In this document: in pieces, positions 18,478 to 27,482 of the stretch
Layout: every line of letters begins with the position of its first letter
Numbering within the stretch: the first letter of the stretch is position 1
Virus record (IMG/VR): IMGVR_UViG_3300007511_000013
Direction: 5' to 3' (one strand)
Length of the DNA: 64,000 nucleotides
Origin: an uncultured virus (IMG/VR IMGVR_UViG_3300007511_000013)
Taxonomy: Duplodnaviria > Heunggongvirae > Uroviricota > Caudoviricetes
Position numbers and translations under genes: made by a program
The notes under the pieces: generated by a model
The model's database searches: none
Told to the model about the DNA's origin: nothing
The model's input: the letters and a program-made list of their open reading frames with translations, nothing else

Positions 18478-19341
18478 CTACTTAATCTTTTTATCTTTTA
18501 GTTTCCATTCTGTTTTGCAGGCATCTGGATTACACATGTACTTGCACTTAAAATTCCCATAAGGATTACTGGTTATCCTCTTGGGCTTCATGTCCTTATC
18601 TATCTTCTTTGCTATTTCAATAATCCACTTTCTATTTTTTTCTCTCTGATTAACATCTACTACGAAGGTATACTCGCACTTTTTAAGATAGTCAAAGGTC
18701 AGTAATCTTATTTCATAATTGGGATATAGTATAGAAGCCGCCAAATCATATAGGCGAAGCTGTGCATCGTCTATGGCCTCTTCATATTTAGGAACCCAAT
18801 TCCCAGTTTTCCAATCTCTAATCTCCAGTACTCCTGGCTCGGTTTCGAGTACCATGTCTATTATTCCAGTAATCTGGATGCCGTCCCCTATTGGAATCTT
18901 AAATTTCTGTTCAACGGCCAACACCTTATCATTGAGCGGAGACTCCTCTCTGTCGAGAACCTTCTGAATGAGATGAATCCCCTCTGCAAAAAGCCAAAGG
19001 GGAGACTTCTTATTGGTGGTCATCAAATCATCGACGCTGCCGTGATAATTATGTATACCTGTCATAATCTGAAATTCGGGATCGTCTGGACAGAATTCAC
19101 CCCACTTCTTGTGCAACAAATGGGGTTGCGTCTTCTTATATAGCCATAGATATTCTTTCCGCCAATTCTTGCGGTGCCCCAATGATATTCTCTCTAGCTG
19201 CCTATGGATCAACTTACCATTTGACGTTGCGAAGGTATCGCCCTTGCGTATACCCAGCACATATTCAAGATAATATTTGAACGGACACATCAAGTATGTT
19301 TTAATACGCGATGCGCTTATTGTACCACCAAATGACTTCAT
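18478..19341 (-). CDS. Cas4-like/RecB-family PD-(D/E)xK exonuclease
   Basis: ISASRIKTY..CP.KY, GIIDMV, EIRDWKTG, QLRLY, C-terminal C..MC...C (Fe-S-type cysteines). Confidence 0.85.
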   Translation of the reverse strand: MKSFGGTISASRIKTYLMCPFKYYLEYVLGIRKGDTFATSNGKLIHRQLERISLGHRKNWRKEYLWLYKKTQPHLLHKKWGEFCPDDPEFQIMTGIHNYHGSVDDLMTTNKKSPLWLFAEGIHLIQKVLDREESPLNDKVLAVEQKFKIPIGDGIQITGIIDMVLETEPGVLEIRDWKTGNWVPKYEEAIDDAQLRLYDLAASILYPNYEIRLLTFDYLKKCEYTFVVDVNQREKNRKWIIEIAKKIDKDMKPKRITSNPYGNFKCKYMCNPDACKTEWKLKDKKIK

Positions 19342-19366
19342 TAAACCACCAACCGTTTCTTTTTAT

Positions 19367-19376
19367 TATAGCACAC
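19367..19376 (-). promoter_or_regulatory. Promoter-like motif GTGTGCTATA(AT); also reads as an extended -10
   Basis: 26 nt upstream of the ATG at 19341. Confidence 0.55.
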
Positions 19377-19389
19377 GAGAGAACTTTTG

Positions 19390-20082
19390 TCAACCCATCT
19401 TCATTTTTTTGCACACTTTGATACAAGTGGACATCAAATGATTGAGATCTCCGTAATTATTTATCACCATATCGAATAGGGAATTTTTCTTATAATTTGC
19501 AACATCGAAAAAATTAAGTTTGCTTAAGTATGAGTAATCTGGAAGACTATTTATGATCTTTCGATCCTCATTATTTAATGCAACTTCCGAAGCGTGATTA
19601 TCACTAGGACCATCACCTCCTCGCCACAGTCGTATAACCTTACCGCCCAACTCTTTAATTTCATGAGCCTCATTTGGAAAACGAACATCCGTAATAATAT
19701 GATACTTATACTTATCTGCATAGTTGTATATTTGATTGAAGCAAGACTTCACCCAAAAATCATCTGCTATGTTTTGCCTAAATAACTCTGTTCCAATATA
19801 TTGCAACAGTTGTCTGACTGTCATATGATGCGTAGTTATATTATAGTTGCGACGCTTATGGGTGGGGATATCCTGCCATCTCCAATTCGTATATGTAGAT
19901 TCTTTTTGTTCCTGTGTTCCCCAGGCGATATTTTTATCCACTCCCATATATTTAACAGCAATCTCCTTGATGGGATCCGCAAAAGCAATAATGTTTACAT
20001 TTTGTCGCCCCAAAATTTTTGCAAAATATTCCGCTACTTGATTTTTTCCACTACCTTTTTTCCCACTAAGTCCAATAATCAT
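19390..20082 (-). CDS. Deoxynucleoside monophosphate kinase (T4 gp1-like)
   Basis: IIGLSGKKGSGK, FADPIKE, RQLLQYIGTE, ITDVRFPNE, HASE. Confidence 0.9.
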   Translation of the reverse strand: MIIGLSGKKGSGKNQVAEYFAKILGRQNVNIIAFADPIKEIAVKYMGVDKNIAWGTQEQKESTYTNWRWQDIPTHKRRNYNITTHHMTVRQLLQYIGTELFRQNIADDFWVKSCFNQIYNYADKYKYHIITDVRFPNEAHEIKELGGKVIRLWRGGDGPSDNHASEVALNNEDRKIINSLPDYSYLSKLNFFDVANYKKNSLFDMVINNYGDLNHLMSTCIKVCKKMKMG

Positions 20083-20089
20083 TTGTTCC

Positions 20090-20839
20090 TCATGCGTTAA
20101 CTTTTAATATTCGGGCCTTGGCCTTAAGCACTTCATAAAATGTGGATCTCCAGCTATTTGAAGAAGTGAAGGTAACCCCCTCCATGGAAGGAGTTAGTCC
20201 GTGGCCCGCAGTAGAATTATTCTTTCTCCATTCTTTATTATAGGGCATTGAAACCAATATGCAGTGTGGTACTCCCGCATCGTATGCCTCCATAAGATAT
20301 TCCGGCTTATCATCCAGTACTATATCTGGCCTCTCTAGCAGAAAAACATCCTTCTTATGGGATATCCCCTCGATAAGTTCAAGGCTTCCGTTATCCTTGT
20401 CTATCCTCATGACCGAATTCTTGCGAGACAAATACCCTCCGCAATGATATATTTTATCCCAACGAATATTATTATTCTTGAGAGCCTGTCGAGTATCCAA
20501 GATTGTTTTGAGAGGACGAGATGTACAAAATTGAATTTCGCACCCACATTCGAAAAGCCACCCTATGTCACGAGCAATATCTCTGGATAGGGCTCGACAG
20601 GTAGAGAACTCTCTGTCGTTGCAATACTTATCATAAACTTCCTCAAACAAGTATCTGTCTAGACCCCACTTCTCGAAGAACTCCCAGGTGTCGGCATCTC
20701 TCGATGAAGCATTTCTAATTTGAGGATTTACCCCACATTCTTCTATTTCTAGTTGATCCCAATGTTGATTAATATAACTTAGGAAGTCATTAATCCAATC
20801 AAAAATAACCTCGTCGAGGTCAAATATTATTTTAGCCAC
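20090..20839 (-). CDS. HAD-superfamily 5'(3')-nucleotidase-like protein
   Basis: FDLDEV motif I, CTSRP motif II, K, LDDKP motif IV, PYN. Confidence 0.8.
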   Translation of the reverse strand: MAKIIFDLDEVIFDWINDFLSYINQHWDQLEIEECGVNPQIRNASSRDADTWEFFEKWGLDRYLFEEVYDKYCNDREFSTCRALSRDIARDIGWLFECGCEIQFCTSRPLKTILDTRQALKNNNIRWDKIYHCGGYLSRKNSVMRIDKDNGSLELIEGISHKKDVFLLERPDIVLDDKPEYLMEAYDAGVPHCILVSMPYNKEWRKNNSTAGHGLTPSMEGVTFTSSNSWRSTFYEVLKAKARILKVNA

Positions 20840-21866
20840 TATCTTTCTCTTTCAATTTCTGAAAAATTTCTCTTATTTCGTTAACAGACATCTCGTCTAA
20901 ATCGCTGTGATCGCCAAGATCAACCCTAGTAACATCCATATAGCCACCTAAGTATTCATGTGTCAACTCTCCCTTACCATGTAGAACCTTGTCAGCCGCT
21001 CTGTTTCCTGCCAAATCATTATCAAAAGCAACGTAAAGTTTATAGGCGCCGGATGCAAGTATGCTTCTTTGTTGACGCCTCGAAATACTGGTGCCAAAAA
21101 CGGCGACGGCATTCCTGATGCCTGCTTCCCATAATTTTATGACCCCCAAAGGACCCTCAACTAAAACAATTCGCTCCGTCCTCTGTATGTGCGGAGAAGT
21201 TTTATGATAACCGTACAGGTAGTCATTGACATTTCCTTCGTGGAGCCACTTTGGTCTCCCGTCAGTTTCGTTTTCCGCCCAACGCGCGGTCGCTGCCACC
21301 AGGTCCCCTTCCTTGTCTCGGATAGGGAGGACAATTCTGTTATAGAATAATGTCCCCTGTGTTTTGGCGTACCGAACATCGAACTCCTCTAACGCTGTGC
21401 GGGAAAAACCCCTCTCTTTGATCATGTAAGATTCAATGACAGGATCCCACGAGAGGCGATCGAGTGACTCCTCTGGTATTACCTTTTTCTTTACAAGGTT
21501 GGTTTCCTTTATAATTTTCTTGTTGCGGATTCTCTCTACTGTTTCGTCATTATATTCGGTATCAACTAAGTTTTTGAGGAACTTTATAGCACCCACAAAA
21601 TCTAATCCTTCTGTTGCTCTAACAAGGCCATATATGTCATGACCGTAATCAAAATGACAATTATGAGTAAAACACTTCCATATACCCAACTCTTTTGACC
21701 AAGAAAAGCCTCCTGGGTTGTCACCAACATGGACAGGGCACGGGCAGTTATAATATGTACCTCTATCATATACATCAATCCCCATGTGGTCAAAAATCAT
21801 TTCTATATTCTCGTTGCATATTTCACGCAAGAGATCTGATTTTCGCTTAAGTGTTTCCTTGTTCAT
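20832..21866 (-). CDS. dnaG: DNA primase
   Basis: CPCPVH.GDNP..FS...WKCFTHNC Zn finger, RIVLPIRD, TOPRIM VEGP...AFDNDLAG; likely start ATG 21866. Confidence 0.9.
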   Translation of the reverse strand: MNKETLKRKSDLLREICNENIEMIFDHMGIDVYDRGTYYNCPCPVHVGDNPGGFSWSKELGIWKCFTHNCHFDYGHDIYGLVRATEGLDFVGAIKFLKNLVDTEYNDETVERIRNKKIIKETNLVKKKVIPEESLDRLSWDPVIESYMIKERGFSRTALEEFDVRYAKTQGTLFYNRIVLPIRDKEGDLVAATARWAENETDGRPKWLHEGNVNDYLYGYHKTSPHIQRTERIVLVEGPLGVIKLWEAGIRNAVAVFGTSISRRQQRSILASGAYKLYVAFDNDLAGNRAADKVLHGKGELTHEYLGGYMDVTRVDLGDHSDLDEMSVNEIREIFQKLKEKDSG

Positions 21867-23262
21867 TTGATACTTCATATTGTTCGTCTGGAGAAAGTTC
21901 ACTTTTTAATTTCCCTTCTTCCAAGTACATTCTATCGTGCTCAACCCTAAGGTTAAGATAATCTTCGAATCCCATACCTGGACCATAACGAGTAAGCATT
22001 GTTCTCAGCTTCATGTTTCCCGCTATTGGGCCATCTTCCTCAACCTCCTCTCTTTCTTTGTGTCCTAAAACGGAGAAGTTAGAAACATACCACAGAATTC
22101 TATCAGCTGCGGCAATTTGGTTCTCTCGATTCAATTGCGCCAACAAAAGCATTGGCACATTGTAGCGCGTAACGAAATCATGAAGCTGTGTTGCCTGAAA
22201 GCCCAACACTTGCCATTCAGCCATCTTGCCCATCTCTGATTCCTTCATCAGCTTGATGTAATCATATATGATAAGGCAGTCGTTAAAATCTCCATCCTCA
22301 TTGCGCCCCACATACTTGGTAAGCCAATAGCGCATCGCGCTCAAAGATCTATGAAGAGGTTGGCCCCCTATGTAGGTATGATAAATGGGAAGGTTCGTTA
22401 CTATATTGGCAGCATCTTTTATTCTCGTAACATAGTCGAGACGCGAGCGCCAGCGTCCTGTCTCAATGAAACTAATGGGCACCTTTGAAATGGAGGCCCC
22501 CAACCGCAATCTTTGATATTCTCCCGATAGCTCGGTGTCCAGATACAAGACAGGAATATCCTTCCTCATTGCAATGTGCTTAGCCACATTTAGAGCGAGC
22601 CCGCTTTTAAAACCCTTCTTTTGTGCGGCCACCAGGCTAATGGATGCCCTGCGAAAGCCACCGCCAATTGCAGCATCCCAGCGCGGGAGGCCGCTGGATA
22701 GACCAACAAGTTCACAAGGATTATCAGCCCGCTCATTCGCCCACTCAATAAAACCTTCGCCAAGCACGTTGAGATCATCATCGTGATTAACCGAAGCTAC
22801 GGCATCATTGATCTTTCTTTCAAGCTCTGACACAATATCGATGGAACTTTTTTCGTGATCAGAAACCAGATCTGTTAGATCATCTACAACGCCAAAGAGG
22901 GCGCGCTTAATGGCCAAATCTTTAATGCGGCGCGTTACGTTGTTGAGATTTCTCTGCGAAACCTTTCTTATAAAGAGGGTCTCGATATATTCGCCGTCGC
23001 TCGTCAGCGCATCAATGTTCTCGTAGCCAAGCTCGATAGCTTTGTTGCGAACAAGCTCGCTATCAATATTGGTCGGATCCTCATCAAGAAGCTCCGAAAT
23101 GGAGCGAAAAATAATTTTATTTGTTAGGCGTCCGAAATCTGTGAAGCTGACATACTTACAGACATCCAGATAGGACGGTGGATGATTGACACAGATGGAG
23201 ATGAGGGATCGCTCGGCAATATCATCTACATAATCTTCAAGCGTTATTTCTTTAGTCTTCAA
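21847..23262 (-). CDS. dnaB: Replicative helicase
   Basis: N-terminal DnaB domain; GLSSGLPRWD..IGGGFR, variant Walker A AAQKKGFKS, YLDTEL, IYDYIKL, AQLNRE. Confidence 0.9.
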   Translation of the reverse strand: MKTKEITLEDYVDDIAERSLISICVNHPPSYLDVCKYVSFTDFGRLTNKIIFRSISELLDEDPTNIDSELVRNKAIELGYENIDALTSDGEYIETLFIRKVSQRNLNNVTRRIKDLAIKRALFGVVDDLTDLVSDHEKSSIDIVSELERKINDAVASVNHDDDLNVLGEGFIEWANERADNPCELVGLSSGLPRWDAAIGGGFRRASISLVAAQKKGFKSGLALNVAKHIAMRKDIPVLYLDTELSGEYQRLRLGASISKVPISFIETGRWRSRLDYVTRIKDAANIVTNLPIYHTYIGGQPLHRSLSAMRYWLTKYVGRNEDGDFNDCLIIYDYIKLMKESEMGKMAEWQVLGFQATQLHDFVTRYNVPMLLLAQLNRENQIAAADRILWYVSNFSVLGHKEREEVEEDGPIAGNMKLRTMLTRYGPGMGFEDYLNLRVEHDRMYLEEGKLKSELSPDEQYEVSNEQGNT

Positions 23263-23743
23263 ATCTCTTCTTCGTTATGTAATTTTCTAAACTTTTCATT
23301 TTGGACTCAACGCCCCAAACGGTTGAATCTACCTGTTCTATCAATGCTTCAAGCTGATTTAATTTTTGAAACCTGTCCATGAGATCATCATCGTCCCAGA
23401 GGACCACCCATTTTCTCTCCTCGATCGACCCTCCCTTGACTTTTGACATCCCTCGATATATTTCTCCATTGACCTCGGGCTCCCCCAATCTCTTTAATGC
23501 CCGCGCCCTTCCCAGCGTGTCTTTCAAGAACAAATGCCAACCCGCGAGAGCATCATAATGTGAATCAAGCGCATCCCGTGACAACTGTTTAAGCTCATCA
23601 CCGCGCATCTTCAGGATCTGCTTGACCCTATCATACCATGGTTCGGCAACTTTGTCAAGCCCTAATTCTCCGCGAAGACCTTCAACCCAATGAATATCGG
23701 CCTCACAGGAGGCATTCTCTAATCTTTTCTTCAACATCTTCAT
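23252..23743 (-). CDS. Helical hypothetical protein, possibly a UvsY-like recombination mediator
   Basis: Coiled-coil character and position between recA and dnaB; function inferred from context only. Confidence 0.4.
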   Translation of the reverse strand: MKMLKKRLENASCEADIHWVEGLRGELGLDKVAEPWYDRVKQILKMRGDELKQLSRDALDSHYDALAGWHLFLKDTLGRARALKRLGEPEVNGEIYRGMSKVKGGSIEERKWVVLWDDDDLMDRFQKLNQLEALIEQVDSTVWGVESKMKSLENYITKKRFED

Positions 23744-24104
23744 TCTTCTTTACTCTTACCAAGGTTATATTGTTCATTCTACACCACTCCTCCTTCTTTC
23801 TATCTCTTATTTGTGATTGTCGAAAATTCTCTTTTGAGCCATGAAAAAAGAAGGAATACTTTGCATGCTGTGCCCCATCTGCTTCAACTGCAATACGTAA
23901 TTCGGGAATAAAAAAATCAATGTGCAGACGACTACGAGGTATGTTAAATTCTTCCAGAATGACGAAACGAGGGAATACCCCCTGAAGGGCAACCCCCGTC
24001 TCCCATTGAAGATTACTTTTGCGATCTTCTTTACTTCGCAGAGGATTCTTAGATTGCGCTAAGTTAATTCTAACCTCTCTGCCCTCAAAATCTATAAACT
24101 TCAC
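23703..24104 (-). CDS. Vsr/DUF559-like endonuclease
   Basis: LHIDFFIPELRIAVEADGAQH...RDRKKEEWC..NNITLVRV. Confidence 0.8.
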   Translation of the reverse strand: MKFIDFEGREVRINLAQSKNPLRSKEDRKSNLQWETGVALQGVFPRFVILEEFNIPRSRLHIDFFIPELRIAVEADGAQHAKYSFFFHGSKENFRQSQIRDRKKEEWCRMNNITLVRVKKNEDVEEKIRECLL

Positions 24105-24107
24105 ACT

Positions 24108-25124
24108 CTAATCCGAACACAACTCCAAGATTTTGGACCTCAACTCATCCCTAACAGATTCGTTATTCTCCAGGTATTCTATGGCTGCAAGTTCACCGTG
24201 GGCAAACTGTTCGCCATTCAAACTATATCTCCCGCCCTTCTTTTTTTCAATTATTGCTAAATTGGACGCCATATTTAAAATTTCCATGGTTTGAAATATT
24301 CCTCTATCATCATAAATGGGAACCCTTACTACCTTCCCGGGGGCCCGCCACCTATTTTTATTTATTTCAATATCAACCCATTTGCCCACCCGGCTATCGT
24401 CCACCTTAATGATGTTGGCCTGAACATTCTCTTTCTTGAAAAAGAGCCGAGAAGAGCTATAGTGACGCACCGAATTTCCGCCCGGGGTTGGTTTTCCGGA
24501 TACATATGGATTCAGCTTGTCACGCTTCTGATTAATGAGAATCAGGCGACCTGCCGCATCGTCTATGACGGGAAGAGCTTTGGCGAGAAAGCGAGCCATT
24601 AAAGAAGCAAGGGAGCCCATGGTCTTTTCGCTCATGGTTTTCGCGATGTCGGCCTCAGTGGCGGAGGCAGCGGCGATAGAGTCGAAAACAACGAGGGCAT
24701 TTTCGACCTTTTTGAAGATATTGATGGCCATGTCGCAAGCTTCTTCGCCCGACTGTGGCTTAAGCTGTATGAACTTGTCGAGATCCAACCCTTCGAAGCG
24801 CTCCAAAAACTTCTCGTTGAGGCCTCGCTCTATGTCAATATAGAAGACGGGCCAGCCGTTTTTCTGCGCCGCAACCACCGTGTGCATCGCCATAGTGGAC
24901 TTGCCTGAGCCGTATCCGCCGCAAAGCTCATGTATTCCGACAGGAAACGGTGTCCCCAATTCGAGGTCGAGGGAGAAGGATCCCGTTGAAAGAAAGGACT
25001 TGTGCCCAATAACGTCGCGCCCAGTTACTACTGCTTCCTTGCGGAACGTATTTTTTAGTAGATCCTTAAGAATGCTGTCGGCTGACTTACCCATGGTTAA
25101 TTCTTCAACTCTATTTTTCGCCAC
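24108..25124 (-). CDS. recA: RecA/UvsX recombinase
   Basis: STGSFSLDLELG, GGYGSGKST, YIDIE, VFDSIAA, LINQKR, PGGN, KNR. Confidence 0.95.
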   Translation of the reverse strand: MAKNRVEELTMGKSADSILKDLLKNTFRKEAVVTGRDVIGHKSFLSTGSFSLDLELGTPFPVGIHELCGGYGSGKSTMAMHTVVAAQKNGWPVFYIDIERGLNEKFLERFEGLDLDKFIQLKPQSGEEACDMAINIFKKVENALVVFDSIAAASATEADIAKTMSEKTMGSLASLMARFLAKALPVIDDAAGRLILINQKRDKLNPYVSGKPTPGGNSVRHYSSSRLFFKKENVQANIIKVDDSRVGKWVDIEINKNRWRAPGKVVRVPIYDDRGIFQTMEILNMASNLAIIEKKKGGRYSLNGEQFAHGELAAIEYLENNESVRDELRSKILELCSD

Positions 25125-25578
25125 TTAGAAACCTCCACAAACTTTTTCTTTTCTTAATTGTCTTGCCTCGCAGATCGGGACCAGCCTCAAAGATGATCGG
25201 ATCCGGAGCGCCCGTATCCTTCGGGCTATTTATTCTCTCCTGTTTTTCTTTTTCCTCCTCGCATAGATGGGTTAAAAGGGCAATGATTTCGCCCAACTTA
25301 TTATAGCGGGCCTTACCAACAAGGTCGCGCTTGGTGTCAGCTTTTATTTGGGGAAAAATCCGCAGCAGAAGGTCTTGGCCGTAACGCTTGCCTACGGAGC
25401 CAAATGCCTTATGTAGGCGCGTATTAAGTGTAATGACATCTCGATAGGGCGTTCTGGTTTTCTTCTTGCTCCAGAAGTATGGCCCCAACTTATATTTAGA
25501 GAGAAGGACCGACTCAATCATCCATTGAATCGGCCCCACCTTGGTGTCAGTCGTCTTTGACTGAATAAGTTTTCCCAT
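25111..25578 (-). CDS. Basic hypothetical protein
   Basis: 155-aa ORF overlapping the recA start. Confidence 0.6.
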   Translation of the reverse strand: MGKLIQSKTTDTKVGPIQWMIESVLLSKYKLGPYFWSKKKTRTPYRDVITLNTRLHKAFGSVGKRYGQDLLLRIFPQIKADTKRDLVGKARYNKLGEIIALLTHLCEEEKEKQERINSPKDTGAPDPIIFEAGPDLRGKTIKKRKSLWRFLSGEK

Positions 25579-25599
25579 TATTTGTTCCCGTCTTTGTTT

Positions 25600-26037
25600 C
25601 TATTCTGGCTCGTTACCTGATGCCTCAATTACTACATCATTAATACCCACGGACTCATTTATTGATATAGAGAGGGCTCGCTTTTCTGGATACTGTTCCT
25701 TTAGCTGCGCGGCCAATGAGGTTTTTTTTATTCTTAGTTCTAAAAGTTGCTGGTCGAAGAGGCCGGGGGCAAGACCCGAGGCCTCAACGAGGACCGCCTC
25801 CTCTTTAATATAGCCCAGGAGAGTTCTCTTGTCAAGTATTTTTTCTAGAGGAATCGCATTGCAGACCATCTCTTCCTCACTATATATACTTCCATCCTTA
25901 TACTTAATATTTTTAAGCCTGTAAAGCTTCATGTTCGGGGGAGGGCAAACTTCATAGACATTCTCTACTCCTAAATCATTAGGACTTAAAGATTGGCAGC
26001 ATCTCCCATCTTCTTCAATTTTTATATAATACTTCAT
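25600..26037 (-). CDS. Hypothetical protein
   Basis: Likely start ATG 26037 (ATGA overlap with the upstream stop). Confidence 0.55.
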   Translation of the reverse strand: MKYYIKIEEDGRCCQSLSPNDLGVENVYEVCPPPNMKLYRLKNIKYKDGSIYSEEEMVCNAIPLEKILDKRTLLGYIKEEAVLVEASGLAPGLFDQQLLELRIKKTSLAAQLKEQYPEKRALSISINESVGINDVVIEASGNEPE

Positions 26038-26744
26038 GTATGAGCCACCCAATCAACACCCATCGCATAATGAGAATTATCCACCGCATCTATTCCGAAG
26101 CCAATTCTATTGGAATCGTAGGTTAAGTTTGTTACGTTGTGTGGAGAGTGAGTATATGTTTGAACTTTAATGAAACTTACACCATCCATAGAAATGTATA
26201 AATCACTAGTAGATGATGTCAGTCTATCGACCCTCAATATAAGATTTTCCGCTATGTCCACCCGAGGAAAACCATAGACCGCCATCTGAGGACCCGCCCT
26301 ATAGGCAACGCTTGCGGTAGCCCCCTGTTCTTGAACATACTCCCTAATCATTGTAGTTGGGCCCATGGTGGGATGTAAAATAATTCCGTAATGGATGAGG
26401 TGTCCAGTTAAAATATTCTTCATCACAATGCCAACAGAAGTGGCGTTATCGACGCCGGACCCCCTAGAGAGAGCATCGCCCGTTATATTAAAACTGCAAA
26501 CAAAAGAGGAGGTTTCGGTTAAATCCTTATAAAAATATCTCAGATTATGATTGGTACCATCACCATATATCTCTATATCTTGCCCTCCGTTTCCCTCAAT
26601 ATGTGTCCCCCCCGTGTTTTCGGTTAGGCCATAACTTCTCCAGTCGGGATCACTAAAAATATCCTCTTGGAAGTGATATACGGTGTAGGCGGGACCGAGC
26701 CAAGTCCATGGATCATCCGAAGGTTTTTTTACGAGTATTGCCAT
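26034..26744 (-). CDS. Beta-sandwich (ConA/lectin-like) protein; paralog of 26755..27465 and of the C-terminus of the 3203-aa protein
   Basis: Shared Y.YK...GIV...Y.S.DG..F...RIGFG...DWVAHT pattern. Confidence 0.65.
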   Translation of the reverse strand: MAILVKKPSDDPWTWLGPAYTVYHFQEDIFSDPDWRSYGLTENTGGTHIEGNGGQDIEIYGDGTNHNLRYFYKDLTETSSFVCSFNITGDALSRGSGVDNATSVGIVMKNILTGHLIHYGIILHPTMGPTTMIREYVQEQGATASVAYRAGPQMAVYGFPRVDIAENLILRVDRLTSSTSDLYISMDGVSFIKVQTYTHSPHNVTNLTYDSNRIGFGIDAVDNSHYAMGVDWVAHT

Positions 26745-26754
26745 TTCAAGCCCC

Positions 26755-27465
26755 CTAAGTTAACGGCGCGTGCTCAACCCAGTCGAATGAAGCTGCGTTC
26801 TCCTGGGCAACCCCGGCGGTGTTGGACGTATGATAATACCCAAACCCTAGTCTGTTAGCGTTGATGTGCGGAGTTCCCTCTGTTACATTGTTAAGAATGT
26901 AATCAAGAGTTATCATCTCTCCGTCTGTCGTACTCCACGAAAAAATAGTCTGATCATTCGCCCTCCTTAGCTCAAGAATTACAGGTCCGGTTGCCTTTAT
27001 CGCCTTTGTGTGCAAATTTGAAGACCAATTGCTGGCGCTGGTCCACTTCTGCACCGACAGCACAGCGTTGCCCTTAGGCGCGGCGATTGCTCCGGTGGGT
27101 CTACCCTCTAGTACAAAAGCTATCATTCCTCCCGTCTCCGCATCTACCGCAACGAGGCCGGCCCCCTGGTAGGGAGCGGTTGTATTCCTAGAGACATCGT
27201 CTATGACTGTATTTAAAATTACGCTGCACCTTATTCGAGACCATTTCGTCGCATCTTTGTATGCGTACCTGAACTGCTCTGTTCCGCCCCCCAAGTGGGA
27301 CTGAACATATACTGCACCATTTGCATTTATATCTTGAACCATTTGCCCGTTTAAGGAATGATTCCATGAAGACCTGAAGCCACTTGATTGAAAGTGATCT
27401 TTTCGATCAGAGGATGTGTTGTCATCCTGTTTAGATCTTATATATATAGACCTGTTCGTGCCCAA
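26755..27465 (-). CDS. Beta-sandwich (ConA/lectin-like) protein, paralog
   Basis: YAYKD...AGLV...WSTTDG...NRLGFG...FDWVEH; GGAGG RBS, TTG start. Confidence 0.65.
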   Translation of the reverse strand: MGTNRSIYIRSKQDDNTSSDRKDHFQSSGFRSSWNHSLNGQMVQDINANGAVYVQSHLGGGTEQFRYAYKDATKWSRIRCSVILNTVIDDVSRNTTAPYQGAGLVAVDAETGGMIAFVLEGRPTGAIAAPKGNAVLSVQKWTSASNWSSNLHTKAIKATGPVILELRRANDQTIFSWSTTDGEMITLDYILNNVTEGTPHINANRLGFGYYHTSNTAGVAQENAASFDWVEHAPLT

Positions 27466-27482
27466 GCTAACATACCTCCATT

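Noticed and set aside
18478..19341. CRISPR-Cas system implied by the Cas4-like gene
   Set aside because: No repeat-spacer array or other cas genes; solo Cas4-like nucleases are common in phage replication modules
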